Below are positions 29,417 to 38,212 of a stretch of DNA of 64,000 bases, piece after piece. The first letter of the stretch is position 1, and each line of letters opens with the position of its first letter. Position numbers and translations under genes: made by a program. Origin of the DNA: Bryobacterales bacterium (GTDB lineage Bacteria > Acidobacteriota > Terriglobia > Bryobacterales > UBA6623); the NCBI GenBank assembly GCA_965219585.1, contig CBDCOA010000003.1, positions 1,535,390 through 1,599,389 on the forward strand, given 5' to 3'. The notes under the pieces are model-generated. The model searched no databases, was not told the DNA's origin, and saw nothing but the letters and a program-made list of their open reading frames with translations.

Positions 29417-30664
29417 TCAGCCCTTCATCGACGCCAAGAACTCTGCGTTGCTGCGAGTCTTGGAAATGCGGTCCAACAGCAGTTCCATGCATTCGACAGT
29501 GCCGAGGTTGCTCGTGACCTTGCGCAAGACCCAGACCCGCCTCAGCGTGTCTTCGTCCAGCAGGAGCTCTTCCTTGCGAGTCCCGCTGGCATGTATGTCG
29601 ATGGCGGGGAAGGTGCGCTTGTCCACCAATTTCCGATCCAAGTGCAGCTCCATGTTGCCGGTGCCCTTGAATTCCTCGAAGATGACCTCGTCCATGCGGC
29701 TGCCGGTATCCACCAGCGCCGTCGCGACGATCGTGAGCGAGCCGCCCTCTTCAATGTTGCGAGCCGCGCCAAAGAAGCGCTTCGGCCGCTGCAGGGCGTT
29801 CGCATCGACGCCGCCGGTGAGGACCTTGCCGGACGAGGGCACGACTGTGTTGTATGCCCGCGCCAGTCGGGTGATGGAGTCCAGCAGAACGACCACGTCG
29901 CGCTTGTGCTCGACCAGCCGCTTGGCCTTCTCGATCGCCATCTCGGCCACTTGCACGTGGCGGGTCTGGGGCTCGTCGAAGGTGGAACTGATGACCTCTC
30001 CCTTGACCGAGCGCTGCATGTCGGTGACTTCTTCCGGCCGCTCGTCGATCAAGAGTACGATCAGGGTGACGTCCGGATGGTTCGCGGTGATGGAGTTGGC
30101 GATGGACTGCAGCAGCATCGTCTTGCCCGTGCGCGGCGGGGCCACGATCAGCCCGCGCTGGCCCTTGCCCAAGGGAGTGATCAGGTCCATCACGCGCCCG
30201 CTGTGGTTTTCCTTGACGGTCTCGAGGCGCAGCTGCTCCTGCGGGTAGAACGGCGTGAGGCTGTCAAAGTCGATCCGCTCCCTCGCTTCCTCGGGATCGG
30301 CGTGGTTGAGCGCAGCGACATCCGTAAGCGAGAAGTAGTTCTCGCGGTCGCGCGGCATGCGGGCTTCGCCCTCGACCGTATCCCCGTTCCGAATCGCGTA
30401 GTCGTATACCAGTTGCGGGGACACGAACACGTCGTCACGCCCCGGCAGGTAGTTGTAGATCCTGGAGCGCAGGAAGCCGAAGCCCTCGGGCAGGATCTCC
30501 AGCACGCCCTCGACCCCGAGCATGCCGTCCTCGTCGACCTGTGACTTCAGGATCCGGAAGATCAGATCCTGCTTGCGAAGTCCGCTGACATCCTCGATAT
30601 CGAGCTCGAGAGCCATCTGAGTGAGAGACTCGATGTCCTTCTGATGCAGTTCGCCTATGGTCAC
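29417..30664 (-). CDS. rho: Transcription termination factor Rho
   Basis: [36 protein letters not shown] and FKGTGNMEL. Confidence 0.98.
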   Translation of the reverse strand: MTIGELHQKDIESLTQMALELDIEDVSGLRKQDLIFRILKSQVDEDGMLGVEGVLEILPEGFGFLRSRIYNYLPGRDDVFVSPQLVYDYAIRNGDTVEGEARMPRDRENYFSLTDVAALNHADPEEARERIDFDSLTPFYPQEQLRLETVKENHSGRVMDLITPLGKGQRGLIVAPPRTGKTMLLQSIANSITANHPDVTLIVLLIDERPEEVTDMQRSVKGEVISSTFDEPQTRHVQVAEMAIEKAKRLVEHKRDVVVLLDSITRLARAYNTVVPSSGKVLTGGVDANALQRPKRFFGAARNIEEGGSLTIVATALVDTGSRMDEVIFEEFKGTGNMELHLDRKLVDKRTFPAIDIHASGTRKEELLLDEDTLRRVWVLRKVTSNLGTVECMELLLDRISKTRSNAEFLASMKG

Positions 30665-30911
30665 GGGCGGAGAATGCAGCCTTGCTGCAGACGCACTCTG
30701 GGACTGCTCCGCGAGACGGAAAGTCCTTGGCAGGCGAGAGCCTGCCGGGCTTTATCAGCATACCGTAGCGGGGTTTGCCTCGGCAAGACCGACCGACTGC
30801 CTCGGCCCGCGATTTCCGTCCGCCGAGCCTGAGATCGTCTGCGAAGAGGTGGCCTTCCTTCGCTGAAGGGCCGCCCTCCCGTCAGAGCCGTGTGAACGCG
30901 GTCGTCGTGAT

Positions 30912-32369
30912 ATGATCCGCTCGATGATGAGTGGCCGGACCTCGTCGAGTCAGCTGCCCGAGCTCAGCCGGCGCGACCTGATGCGGTGCGCGGTCACCGC
31001 CACGGCTTTCGGCGCGCCTTCTTTGCGGGGCGGCGGCCGAGGCAGGGATTCGGAGATCTTGCCCTTCGGAAACGGAGGCGGGATCAAGATGCTCTACGAC
31101 GTCAGGCAGAGGCCGCAAGCGGTCTGCTTGCGCGACAGGGTCTTCATCGGATTCAAGGCCGGGGCCTCGGCGAGCCAGTCGGGCAAAGCGAAGACGAGCC
31201 CGATGTTGATCAGCTACGACCGATCGAGTCAGCGCTTCTCCGAACCGTTGACGCTAGGCAGGGCGACCGGCGACCACCATCACGGCCCGGTCATATGGGC
31301 GGACCAAGAGGAGCACTTGCACGTTCTCTTCGGTTGCCACAAGACTCCGGGCACGCATCTCGTCGCCAAGCGTACAGCGGACATGGGCAGGGAGATCTCA
31401 GATTGGACCCGGGCGTCAGACATAGCCCCAAAGCTCTCCTACCCGACCGTCTTCCGCATCCACGGCGGGAGGGATCTGGTCTATTACCGCACCGACGGCC
31501 ACGCGAGTTCTTGGACATACCGAATCAGCGACGACAACGGCAGGACATGGACTGGACCGGAAAACGACGTCACCGACTTGGACAGCCGCGGCAAAACCGA
31601 ATGGTCTTCCTACCAGACCAAGCTTCCGAGCGAGGACGGACGGCACTTGCACGTGGTGTTCACCGACTATGACGACGTCAAGTCCAATGACCCGAAGCGG
31701 CTGTTCAACGAGCGCTACAAGCAGCCGGTGAGCAACGCGTGGAAATACAATCTGTCCTACATCAAGGTTGATTTGGAGACGCATGCCGTCCGCACTGCGG
31801 ATGGAGACATCCTGAATACGCCCATCGATTTTGACCAAGCGAAGGAGAAGGCCCGGATCTGGGACACAGAAGGGCGCGGAGCGGGGGTACCGCCTGCGAT
31901 CGCCTTGGACGAAAGGGGCGAGCCCATGTTCCTGCACGTCCTGTCAGAGGACGATCTGAAGACTCATAGCTACTACTACGTCAGACGCGACAACGGGCGG
32001 TGGAAGCAGACTGCCATCTGCGGATCGAACCATCAGTGGAACAGCGGCCACCTTGCCAGGGACAGGGACGGCGTTCTGCATGCCTACGTCATCGTCGGAG
32101 AGGGCTATCTGGACTCGTCTGGCCTCATGGACAAGCATGGCGGCGGTCGCCTCGAAGAGTGGGTCTCGGCGGACAGCGGGAACAGCTGGAGAAAGTACCG
32201 GGACATGATGCCGGACGGGCAGCAGTACGCTGGCTGGCGTTTCAACAATGTCCAGCCCGTGACTCGTCCGGACGGCACGGCGGTCGAGGGAATGCTTCTC
32301 TTCTACGGGTGGAACGTCGCCGACTCGCCGGAGGCGAGAGCCTTTCTCGTGAACGGGGCCAACCTGTAG
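30912..32369 (+). CDS. Tat-exported BNR-4 repeat (sialidase-like propeller) protein
   Basis: SRRDLMR signal, Asp-boxes SDDNGRTW and SADSGNSW, and DHHHGP...LHVLFGCH. Confidence 0.75.
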   Translation: MIRSMMSGRTSSSQLPELSRRDLMRCAVTATAFGAPSLRGGGRGRDSEILPFGNGGGIKMLYDVRQRPQAVCLRDRVFIGFKAGASASQSGKAKTSPMLISYDRSSQRFSEPLTLGRATGDHHHGPVIWADQEEHLHVLFGCHKTPGTHLVAKRTADMGREISDWTRASDIAPKLSYPTVFRIHGGRDLVYYRTDGHASSWTYRISDDNGRTWTGPENDVTDLDSRGKTEWSSYQTKLPSEDGRHLHVVFTDYDDVKSNDPKRLFNERYKQPVSNAWKYNLSYIKVDLETHAVRTADGDILNTPIDFDQAKEKARIWDTEGRGAGVPPAIALDERGEPMFLHVLSEDDLKTHSYYYVRRDNGRWKQTAICGSNHQWNSGHLARDRDGVLHAYVIVGEGYLDSSGLMDKHGGGRLEEWVSADSGNSWRKYRDMMPDGQQYAGWRFNNVQPVTRPDGTAVEGMLLFYGWNVADSPEARAFLVNGANL

Positions 32370-32468
32370 ACGAACCGCACCGCGCCGCGGTGCAGGCCCC
32401 GGGGCTGGTTCGTTCTCGGCCAGTGCCGAAGTCGAGCTTGCTCTGCCAAGAACGTCGAGGCCCGCGAC

Positions 32469-32612
32469 TCACTTCACTGTGGGCTGTGCTGGATCTTTGC
32501 CCAGCCAGCCCGGCACGCCCTCGACGCGGAGCCCCTCCACCGTTCTCCCGAAAGAGTCCGAGCCTCCTCCCTCGATCGATTCCGGCACGGCGTTCTTCTT
32601 CGGCAAATACGC
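32469..32612 (-). pseudogene. Detached C-terminal 47 codons of the sulfatase interrupted by the IS4 element
   Basis: Removing the IS and one copy of the duplication restores RARLA-AYLPKKNAVP...PTVK* in frame. Confidence 0.85.
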
Positions 32613-32620
32613 CGCTAGCC

Positions 32621-35085
32621 CTACCGAGTAGCCATAAGGTTCACTGGGCAACGCTGCCCCGCTGTCCGTCAGTCTTCCAAGCGTAGGCCGAACTTTCCTT
32701 GGAAAAGCACTGGACAACGCCACCTCCGCCATGCTACACGATAGGAAGTGAGGCAGCAGTCCCAGATCCAGCGTACGCTCGCCGACGCGGCGGCACGCCA
32801 GCGCGTCGGTGCGATTCTCGCCCAAGAAGCATTCGCCAGCCGACGAGCGGCCGGACGGCGCATCTGCGAGGAGTTCGGCTTCCGTGACCGGCGCGGGCGG
32901 CTGCAGCTGGCCGGTTGTCTCAAGGCGCTGGGTACGCTGGCTGAGCGAGACGCGCGGATCGTGCTGCCGGCGGCTGGGGCAGGCATCCCCAACAGCGGGC
33001 GGCCGGCGCTGCTGGCGGAGGGCGCGGTGGAATTGGCGGCCACGGTGCCGGCCGAGTTGGCTTTGGTGCAGGGGCTGACGCTGGAGCCGGTGGCAGCGGC
33101 GGCGCAACGGCGGGTCTGGAACACACTGATCGAGCGGGAGCACCGCCAGGGATTGACGACCTTCGCGGGGGCGCAGATGCGCTACCTGGTGGGGTCGGAG
33201 CACGGCTGGCTGGCAGCGTTGGGGTTCTCGGCGGCAGCCCTGCGGCTGGCGGCGCGGGAGCGCTGGATGGCGTGGAGCGATGCGCAACGGCGGGCGCACC
33301 TGGACCTGGTGGTGGGACTGAGCCGGTTTCTGATCCGGGGGGGCTGTCAGAACTTGGCCAGCCACGTGCTGGGGCGGGCGCTGCGGCGGCTGCCGGGGGA
33401 TTTCCGGCAGCGCTATGGGTACGAGCCGTGGCTGGTGGAGACGTTCGTGGCGCAGGAGCAGTTGGGGACGAGCCTGCGGGCGGCGAATTTCGTGGCGGTG
33501 GGGCAGACGGCGGGGCGCGGGCGGCAGGATCGCGACAATCAGTACGCGGCCGGTGTGAAGACGGTCTACATGTACGAGTTGCGGCGGGACTGGCGGCGGC
33601 AACTGGGGGTGCCGCCGGTGGCAGCGGCAGCGCAGCGGGAAGCGGGCGCGGGTCTGGCTGCGAGCAGTTGGGCGGCGCAGGAGTTTGGGGGTGCGCAGAT
33701 GGGAGACAAGCGGTTGACGACACGACTGGTGCGCAGCGCGGAGTTGCTGGGGGAGGTGCCGGGACGGAGGCTGGCGGCGCACCCGCGGGCGGACAATGCG
33801 GCCATCGACGGCTATTACCGGTTCTTGGAGCAGCCGGAGGAGGGGGAGGTGACGCCGGAGCGGATCTTGGCACCGCACCGCGAGCGGAGCGTGGAGCGGA
33901 TGCGGCAGCAGGAGACGGTGCTGTGTATCCAAGACGGCAGCGACCTGAATTTCGCGACGCGGCCGGGCTGCGCGGGTTTGGAGGTGGTGGGGCGCAACCA
34001 GACGGCGAGCAAGACGCGCGGGCTGCACCTGCACCTGACGCTGGCGACGACTGCGCGGGGCCTGCCGCTGGGGGTGTTGCGGTGCGGGTTCGGGACGCCG
34101 CCGGCGGGCAAGTCGCAGCGTTGGATCGAGGGCTGGCGGGACATCTCCGCAGCGGCGCGGGGGCTGACGCGGCGGACGCGCGTGATCGCGGTGATGGACC
34201 GCGAGGCGGACTTTTTCGGATTGTTCGACGAGCAGCGGCGGAGCGGCCGGGTGGAGGTGCTGGTGCGGGCCAAGCACGACCGGCGGCTGGGCGGCGCGGA
34301 CGGCAAGCTGTTCGCGAAGCTGGCGGGCGGGGCGGCCGACGGGACGCTGGAGGTGGAGATCGAGGGACTGACACAGCGGCCGAAGTCGAGCCGCAAGCAG
34401 GCCCGGCCGAAGCGGGTGAAACGGCTGGCAACATGCGAGCTGCGCTACCGCCAGTTGACGCTGCCGGCGACCGGCGGGCAGGGCGAGCCGGTCGCTCTGC
34501 GCGGGGTGCATGTCGTGGAGACGAACCCGCCGCAGGGCGAGCAGCCGGTGCAGTGGTACCTGCTGACCAGTTTGGCTGTGGGCGACGCCGCAGCGGCGAC
34601 GCAGGTGGTGCGCTACTACCTGCAGCGCTGGCGGGTGGAGGACTTCTTCCGGGTCCTCAAATCCGGCTGCCAGGTTGAGGGGCTGGAGTTGCGCACGGCG
34701 GCGCGGCTGCAGCGTGCGATCGCCATCAACGCGGTGATCGCCTGGCGCATCATGGTGATGACGCTGCTGGGCAGGCAGGTGCCCGACTGTGCTGCGGAGT
34801 TGCTGTTCACCGAGGCGGAGCTGGCCTTTCTGGGCGACTATGCGCAACGCTTCGGGCTGGACGCACCGCAACGGCTGGGACTGGCGGTGCGGCTAGTGGC
34901 GCGGCTGGGAGGCTACCGGGCGCGCAAGCAAGATCCGCAGCCGGGCAATCAGATCATGTGGCGCGGATACGAGCGGTTGACAGGAGCCACATTGGGACAC
35001 GAAATTGGGTTTGAGAGCGGGAAAAACTACGTGCTGGGCCGATAGCGGAGGGCCGTTGTCCAGCATACTTATGGCTACTAGGTAG
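32621..35085 (+). mobile_element. Complete IS4-family element encoding a DUF4338/DruA-transposase fusion (2465 bp)
   Basis: Inverted repeats CTACCGAGTAGCCATAAG and CTTATGGCTACTAGGTAG match at 17/18. An 8-bp direct repeat CGCTAGCC lies at 32613-32620 and 35086-35093. Confidence 0.92.
32748..35045 (+). CDS. IS4 (IS50/Tn5-like) transposase with an N-terminal DUF4338/DruA-like domain
   Basis: The N-terminal half has GAQMRYLV, SRFLI, NLASHVL, YGYEPWLVETFV and GTSLRAANFVAVGQTAGRGRQD. From about aa 308 come WAAQEFG..GDKRL, CIQDGS, VMDREAD and the YREK motif YLQRWRVEDFFRVLK. Confidence 0.9.
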   Translation: MRQQSQIQRTLADAAARQRVGAILAQEAFASRRAAGRRICEEFGFRDRRGRLQLAGCLKALGTLAERDARIVLPAAGAGIPNSGRPALLAEGAVELAATVPAELALVQGLTLEPVAAAAQRRVWNTLIEREHRQGLTTFAGAQMRYLVGSEHGWLAALGFSAAALRLAARERWMAWSDAQRRAHLDLVVGLSRFLIRGGCQNLASHVLGRALRRLPGDFRQRYGYEPWLVETFVAQEQLGTSLRAANFVAVGQTAGRGRQDRDNQYAAGVKTVYMYELRRDWRRQLGVPPVAAAAQREAGAGLAASSWAAQEFGGAQMGDKRLTTRLVRSAELLGEVPGRRLAAHPRADNAAIDGYYRFLEQPEEGEVTPERILAPHRERSVERMRQQETVLCIQDGSDLNFATRPGCAGLEVVGRNQTASKTRGLHLHLTLATTARGLPLGVLRCGFGTPPAGKSQRWIEGWRDISAAARGLTRRTRVIAVMDREADFFGLFDEQRRSGRVEVLVRAKHDRRLGGADGKLFAKLAGGAADGTLEVEIEGLTQRPKSSRKQARPKRVKRLATCELRYRQLTLPATGGQGEPVALRGVHVVETNPPQGEQPVQWYLLTSLAVGDAAAATQVVRYYLQRWRVEDFFRVLKSGCQVEGLELRTAARLQRAIAINAVIAWRIMVMTLLGRQVPDCAAELLFTEAELAFLGDYAQRFGLDAPQRLGLAVRLVARLGGYRARKQDPQPGNQIMWRGYERLTGATLGHEIGFESGKNYVLGR

Positions 35086-36561
35086 CGCTAGCCTCGCCCT
35101 GACCTCCTCGTACCCGGAGTCCGCCGCCAGGTTGCGGTGTTCGCCGGGATCGGATCGGTGATCGTAGAGTTCCTCCGTCCCGTCGCGATAACGGATGTAT
35201 CGAAAGTTCAGTCCGCGGACCGAGTGGTTGTTGTAGTACCACGTCGTCACGGCCGGCTCGGTGCGGCGGGCGGACGGATTCTCCAGCAGCGGCAACAGGC
35301 TCGTTCCCTCAAGCCCCTTGACGGCGGGAAGGTCGACGAGATCGACCAAGGTCGGATAGATGTCCAGCAGGCTCACCGCTTGGCTCGAGATTTGGCCGCC
35401 GTTCACGGCCTTCGGCAAGCGGATCGCCAATGGAACGCGGGTCGATTCCTCCCATAAGGCCTGCTTGCGCCAGTGCCGTTTCTCGCCCAAATGCTGGCCA
35501 TGATCGGACCAGAAGACGACGATGGTGTTGTCTGCGTAGGGGCTGTCCGCGAGTGCGCGCAGCACCTTGCCGGCCTGCGCATCAACGAAGGTGACGCAGG
35601 CCAAGTAGGCCCTGACCATCTCCCGCCAGTAGTTTGGCCCGATGTCGAGCACGTTGCGGTGGTCTCCGCCCGGGAGTGTCCCGAGAGCCATAGCCTTGCC
35701 GAGGAGCGGAATGTCGTCCATCTCGTCCGCCGGCACTGTAGGCACGACGACGCTTTCGGGCGGGTACAGATCGAAGAACTCTTTCGGTGCCGTATAGGGC
35801 ACATGCGGTCGGACGAAGCCTACGGCTAGGAAGAACGGTTTGTCGTGCTCCTGCTTCAGTCGCTCGACCGCCCAATCGGCAACTTGTTCGTCCGGCATGC
35901 CCTCCGGGGGCATGTCGTCGTCCTCAAGCGCCGCCCAGCACAGCGATTGCCCGCTGACACCCTCCTGATACTTCTGGTAGATCGCTCCGCCATCGGGCGG
36001 GAACGGATGGAAATGTCCTCCGCTCTTTCCTTGGTAGCCGTGGCCGCGCTCGGCTAGCCACTCGGGCCACTCGTACTTGGGACGCGCTTCGTCCCAATAG
36101 TCGTAGCCACCAACGTCGCTGGTTCCCCTGTGGAAGATCTTTCCAGCGGCCATCGTCTTATAGCCGCTGCGTTTGAAATGGGTCGGCAGCGGCACCGTAT
36201 CGCCCAGAATTCTGTCGTATTCAACCCTCTCTTTCGAGGAGTTCGTGTACCAGCCCGTAGTCGAGGGACGCAGGCCGCTCAGCAAGGCATGCCGCGATGC
36301 GCTGCAGACGGGCGCGGCAGTGTGAGCATTTCGAAAGAAGACGCTCTGGGAAATCAAGCGATCTAGGTTGGGAGTCTTCGCTTGCGAATGCCCCCCAGCC
36401 GCGCCGATCCAATCGTTCAAGTCGTCGATCGCGAGAAATAGGACGTTGGGGCGGGAGCCGGCTTCAGCCCTGGGGCTGAGCGGCTGGCCGGCCAGTTGCG
36501 AGGGCAAACTGCCCGCAATCGTGCCGACGGAGAAGAGCAGAAAAAACCAGCGGGACTTCAT
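34954..36561 (-). CDS. Sulfatase, interrupted by the IS at 35085; last 43 aa are IS-derived
   Basis: PNVLFLAIDDLNDW, FGly motif variant CSASR, GFVRPHVPY and WSDHGQHLGEK. The native tail lies at 32469-32612. Confidence 0.9.
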   Translation of the reverse strand: MKSRWFFLLFSVGTIAGSLPSQLAGQPLSPRAEAGSRPNVLFLAIDDLNDWIGAAGGHSQAKTPNLDRLISQSVFFRNAHTAAPVCSASRHALLSGLRPSTTGWYTNSSKERVEYDRILGDTVPLPTHFKRSGYKTMAAGKIFHRGTSDVGGYDYWDEARPKYEWPEWLAERGHGYQGKSGGHFHPFPPDGGAIYQKYQEGVSGQSLCWAALEDDDMPPEGMPDEQVADWAVERLKQEHDKPFFLAVGFVRPHVPYTAPKEFFDLYPPESVVVPTVPADEMDDIPLLGKAMALGTLPGGDHRNVLDIGPNYWREMVRAYLACVTFVDAQAGKVLRALADSPYADNTIVVFWSDHGQHLGEKRHWRKQALWEESTRVPLAIRLPKAVNGGQISSQAVSLLDIYPTLVDLVDLPAVKGLEGTSLLPLLENPSARRTEPAVTTWYYNNHSVRGLNFRYIRYRDGTEELYDHRSDPGEHRNLAADSGYEEVRARLALPSSHKYAGQRPSAIGPARSFSRSQTQFRVPMWLLSTARIRAT

Positions 36562-36761
36562 GGCAACTTCAACTGGGTCGGATACATGCGCACTTCATGC
36601 GGCCTGCGCATTCCCGGACAATGCGATTGTAGCTCTGCCGAAGACGGCCTCCGAACACTGGCCGGTGAGGTAAGGAACTTTTCTAAAGCGGGCAGTTCGG
36701 AGAGCGACAGGTACGGCGGGGACCTGTGTACACGAACATCGTTCTACACTGTTCCCGTGAT

Positions 36762-37004
36762 ATGAGAATCGTAACGATCACACTTGCCGACCACCTCGCC
36801 CGGTGGGTGCGGGTGCGAGCGGCTGAAGAAGATCGCAGTGTCTCAAGCTGGCTAGCTCAAGTGATTGAACGGATGAAGGCCCAAGAGGACGGATACCCGA
36901 TCGCAATGGAACGCGCACTGGCGATCCAGCCTCGCCAAGCGGAATGGATTGACGGACGCAAGCCCGCAAGGGACGAGCTGCATGATCGGGCAGGTCTTCG
37001 TTGA
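36762..37004 (+). CDS. Ribbon-helix-helix (CopG-like) antitoxin
   Basis: MRIVTITLADHLARWVRVRAAEEDRSVS with a C-terminal RDELHDR. It overlaps the downstream PIN gene. Confidence 0.8.
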   Translation: MRIVTITLADHLARWVRVRAAEEDRSVSSWLAQVIERMKAQEDGYPIAMERALAIQPRQAEWIDGRKPARDELHDRAGLR

Positions 37005-37443
37005 TACGACCGTCGTCTACCGGCATTCCGCATTGGGGCCTCGGAAGCAGGCTCGTGCCGACAGCTGGTACAAGCTGCTCTGGGAACTCCGTGTCGGCCG
37101 ATTAAGCTTTCAAATCTTGCAGGAGACGTACAGCACGCTGACGAGAAAGCTAATACCGGCCGTGCCCGATTCCGATGCACGGGCGATCATCCGAGAATTG
37201 GCCGCATGGAATCCGGTACCGGTCGACTTCTCGACTCTTGAGCGTGCCTGGCTGCTACAGGCACGCTACTCAGTCTCTTGGTGGGATGCTTTGATTGTTG
37301 CGGCCGCCCAGCAAGCAGGATGTGCCATTCTCCTGACCGAGGACCTTCAGCACGGACAGCTCTTCGACAATGTCCGCGTGGTCAATCCGTTCGAGTCGCC
37401 GGACCGTACGCCCGCACAGATTCTCGAGCTAGCGGGGCAATGA
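36982..37443 (+). CDS. PIN-domain (VapC-like) toxin
   Basis: VFVDT, LSFQILQE, SWWDALIVAAA, LLTEDLQHG and VVNPF. Confidence 0.88.
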   Translation: MIGQVFVDTTVVYRHSALGPRKQARADSWYKLLWELRVGRLSFQILQETYSTLTRKLIPAVPDSDARAIIRELAAWNPVPVDFSTLERAWLLQARYSVSWWDALIVAAAQQAGCAILLTEDLQHGQLFDNVRVVNPFESPDRTPAQILELAGQ

Positions 37444-37706
37444 GCCCTGCTCCGCCGACGCGTTCGTCCAGTCCAACCTGTCGATGGACCGATTCTTCGG
37501 CCGGTGCGCGGACACGGAGATCGGCTGCTCTGCACCCATGCGCTCCGGGCCTAGGGGTCGTAGCCGAAACCGATGAGCAGTGGATCTCCCTGTGCCCGCA
37601 CGAGCTTGCAGGATGCCACTTTGGATTCGACCCCGCCCGTCGCCGGATTACTGCTGATCTGTTCGATCGTCTCTTCTAAACAATCAGTGTTCCAGTAGTT
37701 AAGCAT

Positions 37707-37832
37707 ATGGAGTTTGCCAAGATCACCTCACGTGGCCAGATGACCATTCCCAAGCGCATCCGTGAGGCGGCCGACTTGGACGCGGGCGATGTGATCGCGT
37801 TCGAAGTCGAGGGCAACCATCACGTCACCTGA
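37707..37832 (+). pseudogene. Truncated AbrB/MazE-type antitoxin (41 aa, not in the ORF track)
   Basis: Translates as MEFAKITSRGQMTIPKRIREAADLDAGDVIAFEVEGNHHVT*. It has the AbrB signature but ends early, and no toxin follows. Confidence 0.8.
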
Positions 37833-38064
37833 TCGGCGTCCATCGGCAGGCAATGCGGTTCATCGGATTCCCTCTGAACCCAGCGAGAACGTTATCAACG
37901 GCCGCCCAGCTAGCCACAGGGCCGTTTCCACCACCTAGGCCAGACGACCGTGGCCTGCGAGCCGCGACGAAATAGCCAAGGGGCCAGGCCGCGATGCTCG
38001 GGCCGGTGCTCCAAATGTTGGGCCGCCAACTCACCGGCTCTTCGCATTTGACACGACAAGGGAC

Positions 38065-38139
38065 AGCTATATATAGATAAACATAGCTATATATAGCTAT
38101 TATTGTATCGATGCTCTTGCATGAAATTTCGTGTATAAT
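38065..38139 (+). promoter_or_regulatory. Tandem palindromic operator-like sites and a TATAAT box upstream of the RNA ligase
   Basis: AGCTATATATAG at 38065-38076 and 38085-38096, a perfect 18-bp palindrome ATAGCTATATATAGCTAT at 38083-38100, TATAAT at 38134-38139 and TTGACA at 38048-38053. Confidence 0.6.
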
Positions 38140-38212
38140 ATAAAGTTCACAAAATCAAGGCAGCACCCAGCCGCCGACCATGCGACCGGCGGTCGTGGCG
38201 GAGGAGAATCTG

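Noticed and set aside
32748-33668. Complete Druantia anti-phage system
   Set aside because: Only a DruA-like domain fused to a transposase is present. No DruE helicase or other partner genes are in the window.
32469-34871. 800-aa antisense ORF (and other long shadow ORFs such as 10067-12229, 24026-26062 and 53209-54771)
   Set aside because: These are antisense shadows of well-supported genes in high-GC DNA. Only the last 47 codons of this one are real, being the detached sulfatase tail.
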